Assembly: GCF_009914755.1 (NCBI RefSeq) | Contig: NC_060930.1 | Direction: 5' to 3' (one strand) | DNA: 64,000 nt | Source: the human T2T-CHM13v2.0 reference genome, Homo sapiens | Part shown: positions 12,101 to 26,625 of the stretch, one piece after another | How the letters are laid out: every line of letters starts with the position of its first letter | How positions within the stretch are numbered: the first letter of the stretch is position 1 | The notes under the pieces: model-generated | Databases searched by the model: none | Seen by the model: only the letters and a program-made list of their open reading frames with translations | What the model was told of the DNA's origin: nothing | Made by a program: the position numbers and the translations under genes

Positions 12101-14274
12101 AGATGAAGTTCTAGTAAAGACCAGTGATAATATGGAAAGATGAATTGTTCCACCTAAAAAGATCAATTAAATTTGGCTTAAAGTATCCAAGAGAGTAGAG
12201 GATTTCAACAAGACAGTTTTATAATTCTTATACGTGCCAAGGCATTTTATTTCAGTAGAAATTATTTGCAACCTCCTTGAGTAATCTCTGAATTAAAATA
12301 ACATGTTAAAATAAGTTATCACTAATAAAAATGAAATAATTCAATTTCTGTCTTGAATAATGCAGTAGATAATCGCAGAGGAGTGACACAATGATAAAAT
12401 TTGGAGAGAAATGTTTCCTGTTTTATGGAAGTTGATGATACAAGAAAGTTTATTTGCTTCCTTCCAGAGTACTGCTGCTCCTTCAATGCTGGGGACTCAG
12501 AGGAAGTATGAAAGGAAAATGTATTATAATTAATGACCAATAATTTTTTTAAAGTTTTAATTTAGGGAAAATATTCAAGGTTGTACCAGCCTGTACTATA
12601 ACAATCAACTAACACTAACAAAGTAGCAATTTTCTGTCCCAGGCCATATTAGCATAATTACTACACTCTGAGGACCAAATATCTCATGGGAAAGAGTAAC
12701 CAGTGTACCCGTGAACTTTCTAGTCTTTCTGTTCACATCCAGCCCCTATCCATGATTCTGGCCAATGCGTTGACTCCTGTTCACTGCTGTTCCTCCAGAG
12801 AGCACTCACTCTGCTTCATGTCCTCCCACTAGCAGTCTCTCAGCTGACAGGGAATCTGCTCCCCAACCTGTGTTGCCCTTTTGTTTCAGGGCTCAAATTG
12901 CCCCAAGTTCTGCCTTCAGCCATTCATCTCTTGCCTTCTAACCCCGATCATTTTCTCAGTATTGCGTTTAGCACTTCAACTCTTTTTATCCATCCACCTT
13001 AAAGAGTTTTTTCCCTTACTTACACAAGGACTGGGACTGTTAAGAAGTGGATTTTTGCCAGGCAGGTCTTGGTCCTGGGGTTTGGTTAACAGCCATCATC
13101 ATTGTCCTTCCTATAAGAACTTTTAGACATTCATGAAGTTATATCCCTGGCAGATTCATCCTGCTGGCTCAGGAGATGTGCCTAAAAGTGCCTGAAACTA
13201 AAAAAAGACTACAGAATAGACCTTAGCTCTAATACCCTTGCTAAATAAACATTGATTTTTAAACATGTATCTTTATTTGTTCATAAATCTACACTTAGTA
13301 CATATATTCTTTTACCACCACCAGAAAAAAGTCTGGAAGTAGTCAAAAGAACTGTGTAAAATGTTTTCTTCTCTTGGCTAATAAAGGCAAAAGAGAAACT
13401 TAGCCATTTTGTTTTAAGCACGACTAACCAAATCAAACAAGCATAACCCTAAACTTAAAGAATAAATCTTGTTAATGTTCATGCTAGCCAGACTGTCACT
13501 TTTTGAAGACTGTCCAAACACTGTAAGCAGTGAATTCTCGAGGGGAAAATGGAAAACAAAACAAAACAACCAACAAACAAAGGAGCAGAACACACAGATA
13601 CCCTTGTCAAGGAGAGTAAAGGGAATATATACAAAGAATGAAGGTGATCATTAACAGATTAGCACTAATTCTTAGTGATCAAAGTCATTGTCAATTAATG
13701 TTTGCAGTGTGCCAAACTCATTTTCTCAATTCTTCATTCCGTAAGTGTTCTTTGAGTGCTTATTCCATTTACCCTGTGCCCTGCACTGTTGTGAGCTGTG
13801 GGGATCAGAGCTAAAGACACTGCAATTCTCCAGAGTCTGTGAATCACTAGCATGGAAATTTTGAACTAGAGAAAAATTGACTAGAGGAGTGTGAGGAGAC
13901 CCAAAAGGTGTTATATCAGGAGTGGCTGATGTTTTCTTTGTGGAGGTCCTAGAGAAGATGCGCTAACTTTCTTCAATTACATGAGAAATATCATGTCAAA
14001 AAAATCTGTGTGATTGAGAAGGGAAAACTAGATTTGAATGGATGGAATTAGAGGAGAAAACATTTTTGCTTAATCAAGGGAAAGGCTTCCTGAAATTATA
14101 ACAAGCTACCTGTGATAACTGAGTTGATTGGTCATAAGTGGGAGGGTGACGGGTTGGTTTTGGAGGTGGGTAATTAATTCATCTCCAAAGACAAAAGTTC
14201 CAGGGTCTGTTGTTGAAACCATTGATGTGGGAAGGGTTCGCCTGAAGACAATACAATAAGGGACTACAAGGCTG

Positions 14275-14480
14275 CTTTTGAGTTAGATCTACCAGCTTTG
14301 TCACTTACTCTTAGGCTTTGACCAAATCTCTCATCTCTGATCCTTAGTGCCTACATCAGAGAAAAGGAGATAGTACGTGTCACGGGGCTGTGGTGAGAAG
14401 AGAAAAAAATAATGAGTGTAAATGAACTAATTCAAAATGGTTGCTATATAGTGGACACTCAATAGATGGTACTCAATTCA
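14275..14480 (+). mobile_element. MIR
   Basis: agctttgtcacttact...ggctgtggtgagaag...tatatagtggacactcaata. Confidence 0.6.
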
Positions 14481-15886
14481 TGGGAACTAGAATGTCATCT
14501 TGGGAAACATTTGGACTCCCTTAAACAACCCAGAAAGTTAAAATGACACCCACTAACGTAAAAAGATCCTCTCTTCTTATTTGGGATTCATAAAAACAAA
14601 ATGTTTCTAAAATGTACAGTGAGAAATGCTAAACATATACAACATTAGAAAAGCTGCCAAGACAATTGTTCTACTTCATTACCATTTCCTTATTATTTAC
14701 CTATTCTTAGTTGCTGGAAAGATTTTTTTTAGCTCAATTTCTACTTTGTAGTATTCTAAGAGACCTGTACTGTCAACTTCAGTTTGTCATATCAAAGAAG
14801 ATCTTGGACAACACGTTGTGACATGTTCAAAGAGAGCCTGCTCATGCAAGTTGGATGAGTTTGAAAGTTGCTAGGTTTTAGTTCTAAGTATCTGTGTTGT
14901 AATCAATTCCTATTTTTCAATCATGTCGTTGGTATCAACTGTTGCATAATTTGAACTAGCCAGTAAAAAGTCCAGAAGGACTCAGGTGGTGAACTAGAGC
15001 AAGATTATGCCAACATGAGACACATAAAGCAATTAGTGATTGCCGGTAAGAACGTTAACTCAACGAACTGTGGTTCACTTCTCACATGCCTACCAGCTGC
15101 AATAATGAATATTTAAATAAATAAATATTTCAATACTGTGAGCTCACTTTTCCAGGCCTATCTTAGGTTAGTTTCACCTTCTCTTTGTTTTCATAGTCTG
15201 TGTTCTGTTTTTTATTCGTGTAATTCATATTATACGAATATGAATTTCAATAATGAGACATTTAAATAATGAAGAGAACAAAGAATAAAATCAATTTCCC
15301 ACCTCCCAAAATTGACTCATTTTATTTTATAATGTCTGCTTAAAGTCTCCTTTATAAAGAAATAAAATGCAACAGTTAAGTCTCCTCTCAGAAGCTCCTA
15401 TGAATTAGTATGCATTGTTCCAGTCTATTTTATATTTTCACTCATGTATTTATACAACCATTCCAATATTTAGTCTTGATTTGTGTTTTTTAACTTACAA
15501 AAATAATATCACACTTCTTTTCAAAAGATTGTTTTTGAAATATATGTAGATATATATAGTTCTAGCTCTGTTCTCCCTGTGAAATTTGTATTTCACTTGG
15601 TAAATGAAACACTTCATTTGCTATTCACATCTAGTGGCCTTCCCTACTCCTAAATTGGGCCCATGGATAGCAGAACGTTATTGCTAGAAAAGTTGGAAGA
15701 AAACATCATTCTAATTTATGGCTTTATATATTACCAGTGCTGGGAACTTTTGAAAATGGCAAAAGCTAAACTGGATGGGAAGTCAGGAAAATATGAATAA
15801 ACTAGAATTTTCCCAGGCAAACCACAATGAAGGATCAGATTGCATATGAAGAAAACAAAGCTTCGAGAGGTGATGTGACTTTCTGG

Positions 15887-16570
<684 letters not shown>

Positions 16571-17694
16571 CTGGGTTACATAGCTAGTTAATGACAGTGC
16601 TTGAAATATCCAGCCCAAATCTCAAAATCAAAATATTGCATGGGGCAAGAGATAGAAAGCTTTTCTAGTTCATTGTTCTGTTTGTTATTCTGCTGCTTAT
16701 GTTTAAAAAACACGCAGAGAGCTAAGATAAGGCATTCTTAGAGACACCTCGTTAGAAAAATGAAGTCTGATACCTTGCTTTCACAATGGCTGGTAAGAGT
16801 ATAGTTTTAATCTATCATTGTTTCCTTATGCTTGCTATCTCACATGCCAGGTAAAGCTATTTGCTCCCTCTTCTCACTCTATCCCATTTGTCCCTCTAGG
16901 TAGGAGAATGTGGTCTGGAAAATAAGGTGTCACTGGTGATCAGACATCATCACTTGTCTAGTGACTGTCAGCTTAGTTTTGTCCTACAGTTGTCTTGATT
17001 TCCGGCTAGTTAATAAGTGTGACATATCTTTAAGGTTTGGGTGTGCCAATGTACTGGAGACAGAAAATTGACTCACTAATTAAAACATAGCCTGAAACTT
17101 GCATGTTCAATACAGGCCTGCAATTTCCTTTACCTAGGCTTGGTCTCAGGTATTCTTCATAGTCAAGGTGATATTACTATTGTATCACTATGATTCATGG
17201 TGTTAGGACACCAAATTCCTCATTACATCTTTATTTTAAACTTCTAAACTAGTATAGCTCCTAGGATTAAAAGGATTGCAGATTTTTAATTTTTTTAAAA
17301 AAGAGGCAGTATTTAGGTGTACCTGGTAGGGGAGAGAACAAGCATAAGGAAAAATGAATAAATTAAAGCTATATTGTTACCAGCCATTTTGAAGACAAGG
17401 TAAAGCTTTTTCATTTTTCTAATGAGGCAGCTCTAAGAATGCATTATCTTAGTTCCCTACATGTTTTCTAAACATAAGAAGCAGCATAACAAACAGAACA
17501 AAGGAGTAGAAAGCTTTCTATTTCTTACCCCATGCAATTGTTTGATTTTGAGATTTGAGCTAGGTATTTCAAGGACTGCCATTAACCAGCTATGTAACCT
17601 GGTGTTAACTATTAAGTTTTACTCACTTCAAATTTGATTTTGTTTCTCCAAAACGTTTTGCACATTTATAAGATAATTAAAAATCAGCATTTTT

Positions 17695-17730
17695 AGAAGG
17701 CAGCTATGATCACCACTCTATCACCAATGT
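17695..17730 (-). pseudogene. tRNA-Gly(TCC) 5'-half retrocopy (tailless retropseudogene)
   Basis: Minus strand ACATTGGTGATAGAGTGGTGATCATAGCTGCCTTCT vs recalled tRNA-Gly-TCC GCGTTGGTGGTATAGTGGTGAGCATAGCTGCCTTCC (30/36); 15-bp TSD with 2 mismatches. Confidence 0.85.
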
Positions 17731-18699
17731 CACTAAAATCAGTATTCTTGATTGCCTGCTGGAAATAAAAATGTAATTGCTAAAATACTCAGTATAAGTT
17801 AAGTGATACGTTACAAGTAAAGATCTCTCATGTGTTAAGTTTCAAGTTTCACTTAATGTTCTTAATAAAATAATGGTAATTTGAATTCTCTACAAATACG
17901 TTCAGCCTGTAGTATTCTAATTTACAGATGCTTGAGAACACCTAATATTTTTGATTAACTTAATGTCAAACTATTATCCTACCTTGTAAATAGCATAGAA
18001 ATTTTAACTATAGTCTTTAAAAAATCAAATTTCATTGGTAGGGAAGTGTAAATGTATGGTTTTTTTAAAACACAACATTAAAAGGTTGAGGTTATAACTT
18101 TCATAAAGATGAAATCACTATTTAAAAGCTGCACATAGACTGATTATTATTGTTTGTTTGTCTTAGAAGATGTATCTTTAAATTGCTGGAAGACATCATG
18201 AATATTTTCATTGCTAATTATTGGTAAAGTCTTTAGTATATGTCAGTTCTGTTTGTGTGGGTATGGTTGCTGTAGTGCGGCTTAAAAAAAAACAGTGCTT
18301 CATATCAGTGAAAGCTCTTCTTTGGTTTAATCTGGGTTGTGGTTATATTGTTTTTTCATATCGTGTGAGCTGATTGCAAGGGGTTAACCCAAAATGAGCC
18401 ACTTCACTTAAAATTATTCTATATGTTTGTGAATTCTGTTGTTGGTATTTAAACGTACATCATAGTTTAATCATATCACATAAAGTTGTGATTTCAGGAA
18501 TACTTTATATTTCTTTTGCTGTTTTTGCTTGTGACAATTGACTGGTCCACCACATAGAATTTCTTAGTCTTTCTAACACTAGGTGAACATTTGAACTGAC
18601 CAGATGATTTTATGGAAACAGCATGAGACAGTGGAAGTCAAATCTCTATTCTGTACCTTGCTTTGCCCCTTTCTGGCTACAGGAGCCTCAGAAGTCATT

Positions 18700-18935
18700 C
18701 AGAGATGCAGCAAAGTGCAGGGGATCAAACCATTGATCGCTGAATTTGAGTCTTACTTTTGTCATTTATTATTAGCTGTGTGACAGCTAGTAAATTAACT
18801 TAATCTCTCTGTCTCTGTGTTTTCATTTGTAAATGGTATTAATATTAGTGCCTCTCCCCCAGCGTTCTTAAGAAGATTAAAGCGGTTGATATTTGTAAAG
18901 TACTTAGAATATTGCCTGTACAGCTAATTATTTAA
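18700..18935 (+). mobile_element. MIR
   Basis: tagctgtgtgac...ttacttaatctctctgtctctgtgttttcatttgtaaatgg...gtaaagtacttagaa. Confidence 0.85.
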
Positions 18936-19614
18936 TAACATTTTAATGTGATGTGACCTCATTAGATCTGATGTCTACAAACAGTACTTTGAGTTTGAGA
19001 ATTGTTATCATTTTAAGTGTTTCTTGCCTTTGTTTTCAATACATCTTGAAATTATTAAACTGGTGAAAACATTGTTTCTATGTGGAGTATTAATGATTAT
19101 ACAGCTAACACTGATGATTTCTTTGTCATTTGTTTTAAATCAAGGCACATTTGCAGAAATAAAGGACTGCTTTAAAAACTAGCAAAATATTCATATATCT
19201 TAGAGTTGTATGGACTGTGACAACTCCTGTAACTGGGTTTGGAACTTGTTTCTGCATTAGGTACACATTTTATCTCCTAAAGGGTTAATGTCATTTATTT
19301 TATTTTTCAATTTTTGTCTTTATAACTGTGCTATTAGATGGCAGACTGTTTGGAAAGCTGAATTTGATTATTGCTTTTCAGTTCTTTATTGGCAGTGAAA
19401 ATATTCTGCTGTTTATCACTTTTCTTTAGTACAGGTTGGTACATGACTTCTATCTTTTAGGGTTATCATACACACATAACTCTTTCTTAAATAATCCACA
19501 ATCTGTTTTAATTATTCTTAAAACCTGTTAAGTTGGCATATTTTATAGGACAAAGAGTAGTGTAACTTGTCAGTATAAGAGTTGGTGGTAGAGGATGGGG
19601 TTAGTTTGTTTTTT

Positions 19615-20050
19615 AATGACGGCATGGTCTCCAGTGTGAAAGAGGCCATTGGAATTGGAACTTGTTTCCGCTGATGGGAGAAAGTCCAACCGAGCTAGTA
19701 GGCTGATTATCTGGAGAGAATAATGATGTCAACAGGAGGTTGTCCTGGCAGATAGGGGGTCGGAGTCCACTAGGACCAGCAAGGTGCAGCAGATGGTGTC
19801 CCAGCAGGTGGGTGGGTTGTGGTGACACAGAGTCTGGAAGCAGACAATATCCAGGCAGATAAACAGATAGATATGTTCACAGATTGTGGGTCCCAAGGAT
19901 TGGGGCTGAGGCTGGGGCCTGAAATACAGGCCCTGGGAAACCTGGATAGACCAGCACAGAGGCCAATCTTGGAGGGAGTAGTGAACTACATAGGGCATTA
20001 AAGCAGAGACTCTGTTAGGTGGGGCCACGGGTTAAAGGATACTTGTGACA
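19615..20050 (-). mobile_element. Possible ancient LTR fragment (family not assigned)
   Basis: Abrupt G-rich island ending tgtgaca (TG start on minus strand); no decisive match. Confidence 0.3.
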
Positions 20051-21214
20051 TCCTCAGGTTTGGGGGTTATGTGGATTGGAAGGATACTGGAGCTGGGAGC
20101 CAGGAAGGTCTTTAAAGATGCTGACTTCCATATTCCTTAGTGCAGACTCATGTGACGGTCACCTTTTGAAAACTGAAAAACTCAAGTGTGTTAATTACAA
20201 AATTGTGCTTTACTTTATTACTGATGAGGAGATTAAAAGACAACTTTGATACAATCAGCCTTGCCTTTTTTTTTTGCAAAGGTCATAGTAACCTTCAGAT
20301 CAGACTTAACTTCCTGCGGTTGAAACTGCTCACATGGGGCCTAGGCGAAGTGAAGCACGCAATATGGAGGTGTTATTATTCCTTATTCTGCTTAGATTTA
20401 TCCTTAGGAAGAGGTTATCTATCTAAGAAGAAAGTATAAAATGAAAGAATTAGGAAGTAGATCTTTGTTTTTGACTGAAGCTTGCTTGTAATAGAAGAGA
20501 AAATTATGTGGAAGTTGCTGAAATTAATTTCCTTACAATAATATGAGTGTTAACTGGCTTTTTCCCTGACAGTCATTATTTGGGGGAATATCAGCCCCAG
20601 TTACATTATTTGGGAATGCCCTACATCAAACCAGGGCCTTCACTTCTAAGGACTAAGAAAAAAATTGAATAGTGACTCTTTTGCTTGAGTCTTAGCATTT
20701 AACAGCCTTCTATTATTGATCTTAGACTTTATGTGTACCTATATATTTGAAATCAAAGAAAAATGAAACCCTCAAAACAAAATCTAAGCATTCTCATGCT
20801 TTACATTTTGAAATTAAATCTCCAGTTGATGTTCACTTTTAAAAAATCTAAGTTACTATGAAGTTTCAAAGTGCTATCATTGTTTTTCCAAGTACTACTT
20901 TCGATAGAGGAAAAAATCCGTGTTTCTTTTTATTAGATTCTTTACAATGGTGAACCTTGTCTAGAGAAACAATGCATTCATTTATTAAATAGAAGTTAAT
21001 TTATGTAATTAAAATAAAATTTTTCTGTCATAAAATATAGCTTCAAATTATCACCTCTGTGACTTTGGGGCAAGTAGTTTATTATATTGGGTTTTAGTTT
21101 CATATCTCAATTTACACCTTCTTCATAGAAATACTATATTTCTAGCACACCCTTGGGAATCATGATGGATGACAAAGCTTTCCTTTTTTAATGGAATTTT
21201 TCTTACTGGAAGTC

Positions 21215-21316
21215 ATTTTAATATTTTCCACTTTTACATGCCCTCACAATCTATATGCAATTTTATTTTAATATTTTCCACTTTTACATGCCCTCACAAT
21301 CTATATGCAATTTTAT
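21215..21316. repeat. Perfect 50-bp tandem duplication
   Basis: attttaatattttccacttttacatgccctcacaatctatatgcaatttt at 21215 and 21265. Confidence 0.97.
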
Positions 21317-21715
21317 CAGTCAGGCTTCCACCAGAGAAACAGATGAAAAACAGAGAAACAGAACCAGTAGGAGATATACATTAAGAAACTTATTGTGAGG
21401 AATGGGCTTAAGGAATCCACACACTCGCAGAAGAGTAGGGTGGAAACTCTGGGGCAAGAGTTCGAGCTTCAGTCCACAGGTAGAATTTCTTTTTCCTCAG
21501 GAAAAACCTCAGTTCTGCTGTTAAGCCCTTTCAGATGATTGAATCTGGACCACTAAGATATTGAGGATAATCTTCTTCACTTAAAGTCAATTGATTGCAG
21601 ATATTAGTCACATTTATAAAATTCCTTCACACAAACACCTAGGTGAGTGTCCGATTGATTAACTGGGGACTATAGACTAGTCAGGTTGACGCATGAAGCT
21701 GATCACCACATCACA
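21312..21715 (-). mobile_element. MLT2 (MLT2D-like) 3' LTR of ERVL provirus
   Basis: tcagtcaggcttccaccagagaaacag...gaggataatc...cttaaagtcaattgattg...catcaca. Confidence 0.9.
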
Positions 21716-24700
21716 GTCCACACTTTGCAACTTTAGACTCATGCACATTTCCTGAAACCATATTTAATCTCAAAATAAAGAACATAGCAAAGTCATTCTT
21801 CCACCTAATGCAATACAGCTATCTTGAAGCATGTTTTCCAGCCCAAAACATGGTAACCCTTTCCCTAGAAGAGGATGCAATGTCATTCACTGTTCTCCTT
21901 GACATTCTGTAGCTTAAACACTGTGATGTAAAGTTAGCTATTATGAATATATCTTACGTTAGATAATAATGACAAAAGAGGAAAGAAAGCAAAAATCTTA
22001 AATACATGTGCACACACATTTCTAACAAAATAAGGGATGCTTAAAATTTACAGAATTGCTTCTAGAACTGGCCATGTGGTCAATGCTGGTATTTATGATT
22101 CCCTTCTTCCATTACCCATTTCATAATTCTCTGCTCTTAAGCAGGCACCTCAGCTGCTCATGGTTCTTAGCCTGGCGGCGTGACCCAAACCTTCATTCCT
22201 GAAGGGACTGGGCCATTAGCAGTCCTGTCTGAATTGAATTATTGTGGTTTTCTTCACAGAATGTGGTAGTAATAAGAGATGCCCTCAGGGATCTCCTGTG
22301 TTTCAGACAGGCTCATCCTTACCTCCACTGCGTGGTATAGCCCAATTTCCCCTTGGTAATCAGGATTCACCACCCCAACCAATATAGTAACTTCCTTCTT
22401 TGCCTGTTGATTCAGAGGTCTGGGGAGCCCAAAGTGACTGGTGGCAGCCTTAACTCCTAGTTCAGTGGAATCCTTTCGTCTCCTAGTGGAAGAACACCTC
22501 CCTTTGAAACTAAGACCTCTCCACCAGCACAGCATAAGGTTGTGGGGACATGAAGCAAAATTTCTCTGGTGGATTGCTAAGTGTAATAATTAGTGATGCC
22601 ACTCTCATTTTCACCCCTTGATTGTTGGATTCACGAATTCTGGCAATAGGAGATCAAGCACCACATATTGAGCACATACATATTTAGATTTAGAACATAT
22701 ACAGCCTCCTAGAGGATATTTCTAGAGCCCAGCAAAATACTGCCACCTACTAGGCACTATAACTGAGTTTTCAAAGGCCATTCCACTGTTTTCTATTATG
22801 CCATCTAACTCAGGATGATGGAGAACATGGTAAGATCAGTGAATTAGAGTTTCTTTGCTTCATTTGCTGTGAAGTAAGCTCCTTGATCAGAAGCAATGCT
22901 GTGTGGATTACTGTAAGCATGGATGAATTATTCTGTAAATTTGAGGAGGTAGTTTTGACAGAAACTTTACATGAGGGAGAGTAAATTTATATCCATAGTA
23001 AGTATATAATTCCAGTAATAACAAAGCAGCACTTTTTCCAAGATAGAAGAAGTCTCATACAATCAACCTGTGACCACGTAGCTTGGTTAATCACCCAGGG
23101 AATGATACCATATTGGGGACTCAGTGTTGGTCTCTGCTGCTGGCAGATTGGCCACTCAGCAGTGGCTGAAGTCAGGTTGGCCCATCTCCAACTTCCTTGT
23201 TGAGTGGAAGTCCATGTTGCTGAGCCCACGCATAACCTTCATGCCTCCCCATGGCCATTGTTCACAAGCCCTCTGGTCAAAGACAGCAGTGGCTGGGGAA
23301 AGAAGTGCAGTATCCACAGAATGGGTCATTCTACCCACTTGATTATTAAAATTCTCCTCTGCTGAGGTCATCTTTTGGTGAACATTTACATGGGACATGA
23401 ATGTTATGTTCTATGTCCATTTAGAGAGGTCTATCTGCATACCTCTTCTCAGCTATCCTTGTCACCAATTTTTCAGTCATGTTCCTTTTAAGTTGATGGC
23501 CATCTCCAAACTGTTGACCACAGCCCATCAGTCAATATAGTCTTGTACGTCTGGCCATTTCTCCTTCCAAGTAGAATGAACACCCAGCTTCACTGCTCAA
23601 AGTTGTGTCCACTAGGAAGACTTCTCTTTAGCACTGTCCTTCAGATATGTACTAGAAAGGGGTTGTAGTGCAATCACTCTCTACATTCAGTAGAGCATTG
23701 GCATTGGCATATCATGCAAGACCATCTGTAAACCACTCTGAAATCTTGTTTCCTCAGTCAATTGGTTGCTGGGAACTCCCCAGGAGACCCTAGGTACTGA
23801 CTGGTAGAGAGAAGATAAAGGCAGGAGTGGGGACCATGGGATTTGGGCCACTTCCTTATGTAGATTACTTGAGCCTGTTTCAGCTCAATCTTATATATAC
23901 CACTTCCATTTGATATTGGGGTGTGGCTGTACATACCCAACGTTAAAATGCTTGGTGGGTCAGACAACAACCATTTAATGATGGGCAGCTTAGATTTCAT
24001 AGTAACTTGGTGGCCCATGGTGAGGTGTTCAGTTTCTATATAGGCCCAGTAGCAGGCAAAAAGCTGTTTCTCAAAAGAAGAGTAGCTGTCTTCAGAAGAT
24101 GGCAGGGTTTTGGAACAAAGCCTCAGAGTTTGCACTGTGATTCACCTTCAGGGATCTGCCAAAGGCTGCAGTCAACATCTCTATCTGCTACTGGCACTTC
24201 AAGCACCATCACCGGATCTGATGAATCATATGTTCCAAATGACAAAGAAGCTTACATGGCAGCTTGGACTTGTTATAGAGCCTTCTCTTATTTGGGTACC
24301 CACCTAAAACTAGCAGCTTTTTGGGTCACTCGATAAATTGGCCAAAGTAGTACACCGAAATAAAGAATAAGTTGCTTCTAAAATCCAAAGAGGCCCACTT
24401 GGCATTGTGCTTCATTTTTGGTTGTATGAGAAGCCAAATGCAACAACTTAATGTTTACTTTAGAAAGGATATGTCTAACATGCCCCATACTACTAGATCC
24501 CTGGGAATTTCATCGAGGTGGCAGGCCCTACACAGACCAAGTAGACGAGTAAATGAGATGTGATGGGAATCATCACCCCTGCATCCTTCAAGCCCTTAAT
24601 GGTGGCATTGAGCTCTGCAATCCCTCTAGGAATATAGATTTGCTTATGATTTACACTTTTTCTAAGTGGAGACAGCTCTGGTGATTTCTACTTGGCCTCA

Positions 24701-26454
24701 CTGCATAGTTCAGTAGTGTTATAACCCTTGTTTATATACAGATTAAGAATTTAGTAGATTACCTATTTCTTTTCTAGAAACACCATGATCAACTAGCCAA
24801 TTCCAAAGGTCTCCACAAGTTAGACTATTCTGATTACTGCATTGTCTTTGCTGTTCACTGTGTAACCACATCAATCTTGTCTTTGATGATTAAGGCTGCC
24901 TGGGAGCCAATTATCCTTATTGCATTTAGGTATCCCACCCAGTTCAGTGGCAGCAATTCCCACTGTAATGTCTGACCTGTAAGAAGGATGACCACAGAGC
25001 TCTTTAAGGATGCTGGGGCCCCCCTCACAAATTTATTTCTCACCATCATGATGAAATGTGTGTCCTAAGGACTCTCCTGGGGTATGTGAGCAGGTCTTAC
25101 ATGATAAATTTATTCTACTATTTCGATCTCCCTCTCTAGCCTTTGGATAACTTCCTCTTCAGTGTAGCAAGGCAGTTAATTCTGGCATTTGATTTCATTT
25201 AATGTAGACCGCCTTGTAGTCCATGTTTCAGCCAACGAACCAAACTGTTAGAGCCTTTTCTAACCCTTTGAGCTAAAATACTGAATCCAGAATCTCTGCT
25301 TAGTGGGATGATATCAATAAATTCATCCTAATTCAACTTTATGGGAATTTTACTATGGTGGAAGGCCCTACACAAGCCAAATAGACGAGTGAAACAAGAT
25401 GTGGTGGGAATCATTACCCCTGCATCCTTCAAGTCCTTGATGGTGGCACTAATCCCTATAATCCCTCTAGGAATGCACTTGATAGGAAATGATTTATGTG
25501 ATTCAACTTTATGTTCCTTCCACAATTATCCCACATACTTAATATTCATTTACGTATTCCCCAGATTGTATAAATTGGAAAACTCATGCAATTCGTTTGG
25601 TATGTAGCACACTTCCTTGTGGACTACACTTTGTACCTTAATCTTTAGGGCCTGCTGGTACTTGAGTCTTGTTATAAGTCTAGAAGCAAAGAGGGGTGTC
25701 AGGGATAAGTTCTGAGGAGAATCAACAGGGTCTTGCAAGACACCTACCTCAGGAGCAGCCATTACTGGTTCTTTAGGCAACGCAGAGTTAACCTCAGACA
25801 GGGGTGAAAAGATTTTTCTATTGGCAAATAAACTCATCAGAATTTAGAGATTTGATGTCACAAGTTTGAGTGGGATTTCCCATATGTCCCCATTCTAATT
25901 TTCAAGATCCCATTTGTTCTCAATCAATCCTCCTACTTTAACAGGAGAAATTCATTTTGTGTTGTAATTCAGCAACACACAGTGTGAGAGTCTGGTTTTG
26001 AAATCTTAGCCCTGTGGTTATAGGAGATAAGGATTTGCTTTTGGGCAGACACAGAAGTATTCAGGTTATTTATACAGAGCTTGAACAGGAAATTTCAAGC
26101 CCTGAGTTTATCTTTTTCTTTCCATTTTCCATAGTACAGTTGGCAGCAACCTGCCAATTTCATCATACTCTTTAGTTTGGCTAAAATGCTCTAAGGCATG
26201 AAATATATGGTCACCTAAAACCTTGCCTTTTACAAATATTTGATTATGAGTACTCAGTGGTGATATTTGTGTTTCTCCATTGCCACATCATGCCATAGAC
26301 TACCAGTACCCTCTTCACAACTGAGAATTGTCTTTAATACCTTTAAATTTAATCACATTAGAGAACATATTCCAAGAATAACAGAACCAAACCAATTCAT
26401 AAAGCTTATCCTTAAAAATTCTATTCTTATGGAACCACTCTTAGGGCAGAAATC
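21716..26454 (-). mobile_element. ERVL internal region: decayed gag, partial pol, dUTPase, with internal deletions
   Basis: ORF remnants: gag LFASRLITRLKYQQA...ELHEFSNLY; RT N-term ISATIKDLKDAGV; YSSFEKQLFACYWA; RNase H HVNVHQKMTSAEENFNNQV; dUTPase HFGL...VVNPDYQGEIGL; no env seen. Confidence 0.92.
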
Positions 26455-26583
26455 TGTATGGGTCAGTCAGGGCTCCACCAGAAAAACAGAAATTGCTCTG
26501 ACATAACTTTAGGTGCAATTTATGGAGAATGTACATGTATGTATATACATACCTATATATATATGTTGTGTGCATATATGTTG

Positions 26584-26625
<42 letters not shown>

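Noticed and set aside
18167-18225. Possible exon ttgtcttag|AAGATG...ATTG|gtaaag
   Set aside because: Weak donor and acceptor; indistinguishable from background pseudo-exons without reads.
22254-25837. ERVL ORF fragments as a domesticated gene
   Set aside because: Many frameshifts and stops, catalytic RT region apparently missing, longest piece 125 aa.
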